NCBI GenBank assembly: GCA_021827785.1
Contig: JAKAUF010000388.1
Span: 1-38,075 of the forward strand
Source of the DNA: Acidobacteriota bacterium
GTDB taxonomy: Bacteria > Acidobacteriota > Terriglobia > Terriglobales > SCQP01
DNA: 38,075 nucleotides
Direction of reading: 5' to 3'
Positions within the stretch are counted from its first letter, which is position 1. Each line of letters opens with the position of its first letter. Position numbers and translations under genes: made by a program. Positions 1-6,711 of the stretch are shown in pieces. Below the pieces are notes generated by a model that made no database searches, was not told the DNA's origin, and saw only the letters and a program-made list of their open reading frames with translations.

Positions 1-131
1 TGTTGCCGCCAGCCGCGGCCCGGCCGCGCCGCGGGGCAGAGGGCAATTCTGGGAACTTACCGTCATGCAATGAGGATAATAGCTAGGGGGGCCGTGTCCA
101 CACGGACGCCGTGGGAGCCCCTGGAGGTGCC

Positions 132-1475
132 ATGCGGGTGGGGAGAGTTCGCGGGAAGCGGCGGACCGCCGAGCGATGGATCGGTTTCGGCGCGCTGGTT
201 GGGGTGTTGCTGTTGGCATGGCCGGGGCCCATGTTCGCCGCGCCGCTGCCGCAAGCAAGCAACGGCGTGGATCCGGCATATGTCCACGGCTATACCGCCG
301 GCTACAAGGCCGGAACCACGGATCGGGCGGCGGGCGCGCCGGCGAATCCGCACAAGTTCTATGCCTATCAGACCGCGGATGGCGGCTACGCCGCCGCGGA
401 TGGGAGCCGTGCCGCCTACGCCGCGGGCTATCGCAGCGGTTTCAGCGACGGCTATTCCGACGGTTATCACGGCAGGCCGGCAAGCGTGGGCAGCGGCTCG
501 CCACCGGCCAGCACGGCAGGGATCGCAGCCGAAGCCAAGGAAGCGCGGGGCATCGGCTATCGGGAGGGCTATAGCGCCGGCGAGTTCGATTCCGGCCGTA
601 ACGCGCCCTACGGGTATGCCGACAACGCGGAATTCAAGCGCGCCGCCGCCGGGTATACGGCGGCCCGCGGAGATTTCGCCCAGTACCAGACCAACTTCCG
701 CAAGGGATTCCGCCAGGGATATCACGACGGCTACAACCATCGTCTCTACAACTCCGCCATCGGGGTGCGCAGTGACGCGGCGATTCCGGGCACGGTGAAT
801 CCGCCGCTGCCGCCGCCGGGGCCGCTGCCCACCAATCCGGAAGTCGCCCGTGCCCTGGCCAGCGGCAATTACAGCAATGGCACCTTGGTTTCCGAGGGGA
901 CGATTATCCAGACCCGCCTGGACACCACCATCAACACCAAAGACAATCGCCCAGGCGATCCATTCCGGGCGACGGTGACGGTGCCGGTGTGGGTCGGCAA
1001 CAAGGATGTGATCCCCGCCGGCAGCACCATCTCCGGCACCGTGGAAAAGGTGAAACGCGGCGGGCATTTCCGCGGCAACGCCATGATCCAACTGGGCTTT
1101 CATTCCATTCACCTGCCCGGCGGAGTGGACTATCCTCTGCACGCGCGGGTGGATGGCGTGGGGGAGGGGGCGGTCCATTCCAACGTCACGCCCAATGAGG
1201 GCACCATCCGGCGCAACGGCCAAGGCGGACAGGCGGCCAAAAAGATCGCCACATCAGGCGGATTCGGCGCTATTGTCGGCGCCATTTTCGGCGGCGGACG
1301 CGGCGCCCTACTCGGCGGCCTGGCGGGTGCGGCGGTAGGCTCGGCGGGGGTGCTGCTGAGCCGCAAACGCGACCTGAAGCTCTTCACCGGAGAGGCCCTG
1401 GCGGTGCGTCTCCGCCGTCCGCTCCTGTTGCATGCGGACGCCAGTGCCGGCGGTGGTTCGCCAGCCGGGGATTGA
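132..1475 (+). CDS. Secreted/membrane-anchored hypothetical protein: signal peptide, GY-rich repeats, TrbI/VirB10-like beta-rich segment, C-terminal glycine-zipper TM
   Basis: ORF 111..1475. An internal ATG at 132 follows GGAGG (123-127). The N-terminus MRVGRVRGKRR...FGALVGVLLLAWPGPMFAAP looks like a signal peptide. Degenerate GYxxGY/DGY repeats are present (AYVHGYTAGYKAG, AYAAGYRSGFSDGYSDGYHG, GYREGYSAGEFDSG, FRKGFRQGYHDGYNH). The segment GTIIQTRLDTTINTKDNRPGDPFRATV...VIPAGSTISGTV resembles TrbI/VirB10 C-terminal barrels. The C-terminus GGFGAIVGAIFGGGRGALLGGLAGAAVGSAGVLL is a glycine zipper. Confidence 0.7.
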   Translation: MRVGRVRGKRRTAERWIGFGALVGVLLLAWPGPMFAAPLPQASNGVDPAYVHGYTAGYKAGTTDRAAGAPANPHKFYAYQTADGGYAAADGSRAAYAAGYRSGFSDGYSDGYHGRPASVGSGSPPASTAGIAAEAKEARGIGYREGYSAGEFDSGRNAPYGYADNAEFKRAAAGYTAARGDFAQYQTNFRKGFRQGYHDGYNHRLYNSAIGVRSDAAIPGTVNPPLPPPGPLPTNPEVARALASGNYSNGTLVSEGTIIQTRLDTTINTKDNRPGDPFRATVTVPVWVGNKDVIPAGSTISGTVEKVKRGGHFRGNAMIQLGFHSIHLPGGVDYPLHARVDGVGEGAVHSNVTPNEGTIRRNGQGGQAAKKIATSGGFGAIVGAIFGGGRGALLGGLAGAAVGSAGVLLSRKRDLKLFTGEALAVRLRRPLLLHADASAGGGSPAGD

Positions 1476-1762
1476 CTCGCGGCGGCGGTTTCGTGTTAGT
1501 ATGAATACGGCGCGTAACGGATGCGTTGTGGTTGTAGTTGAGGTCTGGCCTTCCGCCAGCCTGCTCCGTTGGGCGCGATTTGAATCTGGCCACGTCACTT
1601 GTAGGTTCCCGCATTGGGACAAGTTTGGCGTTTTCCTAAGCTCCTGGTTCCCTTCACCTGCCACCCCTTGGGCGCGTGGGTGACGGCGTCCGCACCGGCA
1701 TTCCGCCCGCGGACGTGCGGAACAGGAAGCGGCGGACGCGAGAGACGGAGCCCACTTTTCCT

Positions 1763-3301
1763 GTGAACGAAGAAAAATTACTCAAAATCGCCGTATTCAT
1801 TGACTTTGACAACATCCAGATTGGCGTGCGCAACACCATGAGCCGCGACTTCGATCTGGCCTTGGTGCTGGAGGCGCTCAAGGAACGCGGCGAGGTCGTT
1901 ACCAAGGTCGCCTACGGCAACTGGAAACGCGCCGGCGAGCTGACCCGAACCCTGACGCAAAACGCCGTCTTGATGGTCCAGCGGGATCTGACCCCGCGCG
2001 GGGACAAGAATGGCGCGGATATCAACCTGGCGCTGGATGCACTGGAGATGGCCATCAACCACCCCCATATCAACGCCTTCGTCATCGTGGGCGGCGACAG
2101 CGATTTCATTGCCCTCGTCGAGAAGCTCAAACAGTACAACAAAGCGGTGTTCGTGGTGGGCGGCCGCTCCTTCACCAGCAGCATCCTGCAGCGCAATTGC
2201 CGCGAATTTATCGGCTACGAGAACCTAATTGAATCGCTGACGCCGGTCAGCGACCGCAGGCCGTCCGCCGGCCGGCGGGAAGTCTTCCCGCTCCAGCGGG
2301 CGGTGCCGCTGGTGTATCGCGCGCTGAAGGTGCTGAGCGAGCGCGAAGTCCAAGCGCAGTTGGGCCTGTTGAAAAGCACGCTGATCCAGCTGGATTCCAC
2401 CTTCAGTGAGCGCGACTACGGCAGCAGTTCATTCCGCGGGTTTGCGCAAAAGCTGGCGGCGGCGCAGTTGGTGAACCTGCGGCAACAGGGCAACAGTTAC
2501 ATCGTCGAGGCGCTAGATCGGGAGCCCACGGCGGAGGTAGTTCCGGTGGCCGCGGCAACGGAGCCCGCGGCGCTAAGCGCCGCCGAGAGCGTCGGCGGCG
2601 AGCCGGCGGGGGCCGGCGAGGAAGACGCGCGCGACGGCGGGCCGCGGCCGGAATTTCCGCGCTCTCCGGATTTCGGAACGTTGCCGGCGAACGACGCGGT
2701 GGAGTTGCTCGCCAAGGTGCTCCAGCCGCTGCGGGGAACCAATCCCCGGCCGCTGTATTTGCGCAACGTCAAACAACTTCTGCGCAACGAGCAGGCGGGT
2801 TTTGACGAGCAACGGCACGGTTTCGCCTCGCTAGTGGAGCTGTTGCGCGCGGGACAAAGCCAAAATCTTTTGCGTTTGCAGCGCGACCGGCGGGGCGCCT
2901 TGCGCGTGTTTATCGCCGGCACGGCGGCAGCCCTGCCGCCGGCGAACGGCAGCGCGAGCGAAGGGGCGGAGGGCAATGCGGCCGCGGTGGCCACGGAAGA
3001 TGGCAACAGCGCCGTGACGGATGCGCCCGGGGCGCCGGACGCCGCTACCGCGGAAGCGGACGGAAACGTGGCGCCCGCGCCGCCGCCGTCCGCGAAGCCC
3101 GCGAAATCCGCTGCCGATGACCCCAGCGATTCCCAGATCGCGGTGCTGGGCTATTACCGCGGTGTGCACGGCGAGAGCGGAAATGAGGAGCCCAACCTGA
3201 GCCTGGCGGAGGCGGTGATGGGCGAGGGCAGGAAGCGCCGTGGCGGACGCAAGCCCAAGGGCGACCGGCCGCCCTCCCGGCGGCGCAAACCGGTGAGCTA
3301 G
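1763..3301 (+). CDS. NYN (LabA-like PIN-fold nuclease) domain protein with two OST-HTH/LOTUS domains and a basic disordered tail
   Basis: ORF 1676..3301. An in-frame GTG at 1763 gives VNEEKLLKIAVFIDFDNI, the usual distance before the first NYN acidic motif. NYN motifs: IAVFIDFDN, GADINLALDALEMA, VIVGGDSDFIALVEKLK. Two OST-HTH-like segments: LVYRALKVL...STFSERDYGSSSFRGFAQKL and AVELLAKVL...GFDEQRHGFASLVELLRA. The tail is Ala/Pro/Glu-rich and ends GRKRRGGRKPKGDRPPSRRRKPVS. Confidence 0.85.
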   Translation: MNEEKLLKIAVFIDFDNIQIGVRNTMSRDFDLALVLEALKERGEVVTKVAYGNWKRAGELTRTLTQNAVLMVQRDLTPRGDKNGADINLALDALEMAINHPHINAFVIVGGDSDFIALVEKLKQYNKAVFVVGGRSFTSSILQRNCREFIGYENLIESLTPVSDRRPSAGRREVFPLQRAVPLVYRALKVLSEREVQAQLGLLKSTLIQLDSTFSERDYGSSSFRGFAQKLAAAQLVNLRQQGNSYIVEALDREPTAEVVPVAAATEPAALSAAESVGGEPAGAGEEDARDGGPRPEFPRSPDFGTLPANDAVELLAKVLQPLRGTNPRPLYLRNVKQLLRNEQAGFDEQRHGFASLVELLRAGQSQNLLRLQRDRRGALRVFIAGTAAALPPANGSASEGAEGNAAAVATEDGNSAVTDAPGAPDAATAEADGNVAPAPPPSAKPAKSAADDPSDSQIAVLGYYRGVHGESGNEEPNLSLAEAVMGEGRKRRGGRKPKGDRPPSRRRKPVS

Positions 3302-3329
3302 GCGGCACGCGGGCTTGGCTCGGCCCAAG

Positions 3330-3372
3330 GGGCGCGGCGGGGGAGGGATAGCCTACCCGCCGCGCCCTTTTT
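3330..3372 (+). terminator. Rho-independent terminator downstream of the NYN gene
   Basis: A perfect 12-bp stem, GGGCGCGGCGGG (3330-3341) pairing with CCCGCCGCGCCC (3356-3367). The loop is 14 nt and is followed by TTTTT (3368-3372). Confidence 0.8.
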
Positions 3373-3684
3373 GCATTCCCGGCTGCAATCCATGCCAGGC
3401 CGTTCCCAGTTCCGTCGGCATCCTCACGACCGGCGTTGGCCGATGACAGGGCGGCCCGGGCGTATGAAGGCGATGAAGGGGAGAGACGGCGCGGGCTTTC
3501 GTGCCGTTTCTGGCGCCAGTGCCGGCCGCCGCCGGCCTGGTACGGAGGCGATCGGCACGCGGCCCCATTGCAAGGCGCGGACCCCAGCACCGCCTGCGGC
3601 GGGGCGTCCGCATTCGCTAAAGCCGGGGCCGAGCCCCGCTTGCGCGCCGGGCTGGGCCGGGGATCCCGCGGGCCCGGCGTTTGC

Positions 3685-3740
3685 TTGGCGCGGGGCGCTG
3701 CCCCGCATAGGTTTGGCGCGGGGCGCTGCCCCGCTTAGGC
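3685..3740. repeat. 2 x 28-bp tandem repeat, each unit carrying a GCGGGGC-GCT-GCCCCGC triloop hairpin
   Basis: ttggcgcggggcgctgccccgcataggt (3685-3712) versus ttggcgcggggcgctgccccgcttaggc (3713-3740), 26/28 identical. Hairpins lie at 3690-3706 and 3718-3734. A related hairpin, CGGGGC-CGA-GCCCCG, lies at 3624-3638. Confidence 0.9.
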
Positions 3741-3743
3741 CCG

Positions 3744-3911
3744 TCGCCGGGGACCACGCCGCCTCCTGTGTCCGGGGCGGGCCGCGGCATTCTGCTGTGC
3801 GCCACGGGCGCACAGGGTTCTCGCAGCTCGCCGGGGACCACGCCGCCTCCTGTGTCCGGGGCGGGCCGCGGCATTCTGCTGTGCGCCACGGGCGCACAGG
3901 GTTCTCGCAGC
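3744..3911. repeat. Perfect 2 x 84-bp tandem duplication, each unit carrying a GTGCGCC-ACG-GGCGCAC triloop hairpin
   Basis: The unit tcgccggggaccacgccgcctcctgtgtccggggcgggccgcggcattctgctgtgcgccacgggcgcacagggttctcgcagc occurs at 3744-3827 and again at 3828-3911 with no mismatch. Hairpins lie at 3797-3813 and 3881-3897. Confidence 0.95.
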
Positions 3912-3938
3912 CCCCGCGAATGGCCTGCTTCCAGCCAG

Positions 3939-3980
3939 AAAAAGCAAGGGCCGCAACCGCCAGTGGCGGCCGCGGCCCTT
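3939..3980 (-). terminator. Rho-independent terminator downstream of the FecR-like gene (minus strand)
   Basis: The minus strand reads AAGGGCCGC-GG-CCGCC-ACT-GGCGG-TT-GCGGCCCTT, then GC, then TTTTT. This is a long interrupted hairpin plus a T-tract, about 20 nt after the stop at 4002. Confidence 0.75.
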
Positions 3981-4001
3981 GGATGAGTGTCTAGGCTTGG
4001 T

Positions 4002-4631
4002 CTATTGCGCGGGGCTGGGAATGCAGTTGCTGCATTTCGTCGCCTCGTAGACCACGATCCCGGTCACGACCGCAGCAGCGGCGGCAACACCGATCGTCAC
4101 CGGCAGAGCCACGCCCGAACTGCCCATGGAGCTGGCCGGGGCGGCTTGATCCTGGAAGCGGATCGCCTCACCCGCCTTGACGGTGTAGGTCTTGTTCAGG
4201 CCCACCACCTTCACGTTGCCCGCGATGGCCCGGACATAGGTCGGACCATTGAGCGCGGTCACCGCGAAACGGGTGTTGCTGGATGCGGGAACGACCGTGA
4301 CGTGGCTGACGGCGACCGGCAGATTGCCGGCGACCCTCACCATGCCATAGGCCAGGTTGACTTGGTTGACGTTGGCGTTGCGTTCCAGCCGAAACTGGGT
4401 CTTCGCCGCGGCGATCAACGACCCGCCGGGCAGGACCATCCGCGCGCTGCCTTGGGCACTAACGGCAACCGCATCGCCAGCGACGATCGCCGATCCTGCG
4501 ACGATGGGCTGGCCATTGACATTGACCGTCCCTGCCATCGGGCTCAGCATCGCGCCGTTGGTCCCCATGACTGGCAGGCAGGCCATCAGGCCCACCAGCA
4601 TCGCCACGAGCATCGAACGAGAGAACTTCAT
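4002..4631 (-). CDS. Secreted FecR-domain-like protein with C-terminal TM anchor
   Basis: ATG at 4631 preceded by GGAGG (CCTCAGGAGGTAAGGAATG). Signal peptide MKFSRSMLVAMLVGLMAC, possibly a lipobox. FecR-like beta-rich core (AGDAVAVSAQGSARMVLPGGSLIAAAKTQFRLE). C-terminal hydrophobic helix VTIGVAAAAAVVTGIVVY, then KCSNCIPSPAQ. Confidence 0.7.
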   Translation of the reverse strand: MKFSRSMLVAMLVGLMACLPVMGTNGAMLSPMAGTVNVNGQPIVAGSAIVAGDAVAVSAQGSARMVLPGGSLIAAAKTQFRLERNANVNQVNLAYGMVRVAGNLPVAVSHVTVVPASSNTRFAVTALNGPTYVRAIAGNVKVVGLNKTYTVKAGEAIRFQDQAAPASSMGSSGVALPVTIGVAAAAAVVTGIVVYEATKCSNCIPSPAQ

Positions 4632-4923
4632 TCCTTACCTCCTGAGGTTCAAAACGGGCAGAACTTCCACTGCAAAAGACTGCGGCTTGATTACAGCACT
4701 AAACGCGACTCAAGGCAATAGGAAAATGGCAAGGTGGCGGGAGAATCGAGGACAAGTACAGTAACTAAGCGGTGACTGCCTCCGGGCGCCGGGAAGCTGC
4801 GGATCTGGCGCTGTGGGGCGCGGAGGGGGAGAGGCCGAAGAATAACTGTCCTTAAGGTCAGTGCCGGTGGTGAGCGGCGCTACAATCGGCGCAGGCGCCC
4901 GCCCGCTGGCGCCGTCCATTACC

Positions 4924-5724
4924 ATGCCGAATCTGGAACGTTACATTGCCGCGACCGTGCGCTGGCGCCGGGACTACGGCCCGGAGTTGTGGTCGGTGCG
5001 GCTCGAGTTGGAGGCGCCGTTCCAATTTCGTCCCGGCCAGTACGCGACGCTGGCGGTGGAGGATGAGGAAGGGCTGCATGAGCGGCCGTACTCGATCGTC
5101 TCCAGTCCGCGGGAGGCGGGCCTGGAGTTCTTTTTTGAATTGGTGCCGGAAGGGGAACTGACGCCGCGGTTGCACCGCTTGGGGGAGGGGGACCGGCTGT
5201 GGGTGCGGCGAGCGGCGAAGGGCTTATTTCAGCTCGACTCCCGCAGCGGCCGGGCGCGGCACCTCATGGTGGCGACGGTGACCGGGGTGGCGCCGTTTGT
5301 GAGCATGTTACGGACCTTGGCGGCTCCGGCCGGCGGCGAGCCAGGCGGCGGCGGTACGGCCCCAGAGACACTGGCGCTGATCGTGGCCGCGAGCCGTTCC
5401 TGGGAGTTTGGCTACCGGGAGGAAGTGCTGGCGCTGGCGGAGCGCCTGCCGGCGCTGCGGCCGGTGTTTTCCGTGTCCCGGCCTTGGGAAGATACGGCCT
5501 GGACGGGGGAATGCGGCCGGGCGGAAGATATCCTGCGTAAATATGCCGACGCCGCGGGCTGCCAGGCCGCGGCCACTACCGCTTACCTCTGCGGCCATCC
5601 GCAAATGATCGCGAACGCCAAAGGCATCTTGACCCGGGGCGGATTCGCCCCCCGGTCCATTCACGAGGAACTCTATTGGATACCACCCAAAGCCGCCGCC
5701 AAGCCAGCCGCAAGCCGCGAGTGA
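4924..5724 (+). CDS. Ferredoxin-NADP+ reductase-like FAD/NAD(P)-binding oxidoreductase
   Basis: ORF 4861..5724, with a likely ATG at 4924 (MPNLERYIAATV). RPYSIVSSP matches the RxYS FAD motif. TVTGVAPFVSMLR matches the GTGxAP NAD(P) motif. YLCGHPQMI is the C-terminal CG motif. Confidence 0.85.
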   Translation: MPNLERYIAATVRWRRDYGPELWSVRLELEAPFQFRPGQYATLAVEDEEGLHERPYSIVSSPREAGLEFFFELVPEGELTPRLHRLGEGDRLWVRRAAKGLFQLDSRSGRARHLMVATVTGVAPFVSMLRTLAAPAGGEPGGGGTAPETLALIVAASRSWEFGYREEVLALAERLPALRPVFSVSRPWEDTAWTGECGRAEDILRKYADAAGCQAAATTAYLCGHPQMIANAKGILTRGGFAPRSIHEELYWIPPKAAAKPAASRE

Positions 5725-6524
5725 ACAAGTGGCCGCTGTGGCAGGTGGACGCCTTCGCTGACCGCCCGTTCGGCGGCAATCCGGCGGCCGTTTGTTTGCT
5801 CGCTGCGCCGGGCGAAACCGCCTGGATGCAGGCCGTAGCGGCGGAGATGAATCTGTCCGAGACCGCCTTCGTGGCGCCCGTCGCGGCAGGCGAGTTCCAT
5901 CTGCGCTGGTTCACCCCCAAAGTGGAGGTGGATTTGTGTGGGCATGGAACCCTGGCGGCGGCGCATATGCTGTGGGAGGCGCGGCGGCTAGCGCGGGGGC
6001 AGGAGGCACGCTTCCGCACCCGCAGCGGCGGGCTGACCGCGCGGCGGCAGGACGACGGTTGGATTGAGCTGGATTTTCCCGCCCGTCCGCCCCGGCCGAT
6101 CGCGGCGCCGGCTGGTTTGGAGGTGGCGCTGGGGGCGCGGCCGCGGGGGCTTTGGGCCACCCACGGGCAGTATCTGGCGGAGTTGGAGCAGGAGGAGACC
6201 GTGCGCCAGCTCCAGCCCAACTTCGAGCGGCTGGCCAGTTTGGACGCGCGCGGGGTGATCGTGACGGCGGCGGCGCACGGCGGAGAATATGACTTTGTCT
6301 CGCGCTATTTCGCGCCCGCCGCGGGAATTCAGGAGGATCCCGTCACCGGCTCCGCCCACTGCTGCCTGGCGCCGTTCTGGGGCCAGAAGCTGGGCCGGTC
6401 CGCCATGACGGGGTATCAAGCCTCCGCGCGCGGGGGAATGGTGAAGGTGCAATGGGAAGGGGAACGCGTACGCCTGGCGGGACGGGCGGTGACGGTTCTC
6501 ACGGGATGGCTGCGGGCCGGTTAG
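5721..6524 (+). CDS. PhzF-family (phenazine biosynthesis-like) isomerase/epimerase
   Basis: ORF 5676..6524. A GTG at 5721 overlaps the upstream TGA (GTGA) and gives VNKWPLWQVDAFADRPFGGNPAAVCLL, a typical PhzF/YddE N-terminus. Also DLCGHGTLAAAH and DPVTGSAHCCLAPFW. Confidence 0.85.
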   Translation: MNKWPLWQVDAFADRPFGGNPAAVCLLAAPGETAWMQAVAAEMNLSETAFVAPVAAGEFHLRWFTPKVEVDLCGHGTLAAAHMLWEARRLARGQEARFRTRSGGLTARRQDDGWIELDFPARPPRPIAAPAGLEVALGARPRGLWATHGQYLAELEQEETVRQLQPNFERLASLDARGVIVTAAAHGGEYDFVSRYFAPAAGIQEDPVTGSAHCCLAPFWGQKLGRSAMTGYQASARGGMVKVQWEGERVRLAGRAVTVLTGWLRAG

Positions 6525-6711
6525 GCGGCGCTCCGGCCAACTGCCGGCCAGTCACACCGGGCGCCTGGCGCCGAGTCCGGCTGCGTAGGGCGTTGCGCCG
6601 CCGCTCCGCCCTCGCTTCTTGATAAATCACAATCGAATTGAGAGTGTTCCCCGGCCATCCGCTCGCCGGGTGATAATGACAGTCATTGCGCCGTCTGCGC
6701 GGCGCGGGTAG

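Noticed and set aside
1476-1762. Lower-GC 290-nt region upstream of the NYN gene, inspected for a tRNA, riboswitch or other RNA gene
   Set aside because: I found no cloverleaf (no T-loop GGTTCGAAT-type arm with a matching acceptor stem). I also found no recognisable riboswitch, RNase P, SRP, 6S or tmRNA core motif. It is most simply a promoter plus 5' UTR, and it cannot be resolved further without covariance models.
3744-3911. Considered whether the 84-bp repeats are a CRISPR array
   Set aside because: There are only two copies. They are directly adjacent with no spacers, the unit is far longer than CRISPR repeats, and no cas genes are in the window.
3371-3994. Track ORFs covering the orphan spacer (3371..3994 +, 3424..3897 -, 3436..3738 +, 3617..3889 -, 3735..3956 -, 3768..3986 +)
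   Set aside because: All are Arg/Pro/Gly/Ala-rich with no motifs. Several frames are open simultaneously, as expected for GC-rich non-coding DNA. None has a convincing RBS. The region is bounded by terminators belonging to the flanking genes. Coding potential cannot be fully excluded without comparative data.
6600-6711. AT-richer patch (cttgataaatcacaatcgaattgagag ... ggtgataatgac) as the promoter of the REC-PAS kinase
   Set aside because: TTGATA and GATAAT-like hexamers exist but are not at a 16-18 nt spacing from each other. I could not assemble a convincing -35/-10 pair, so no feature was called.
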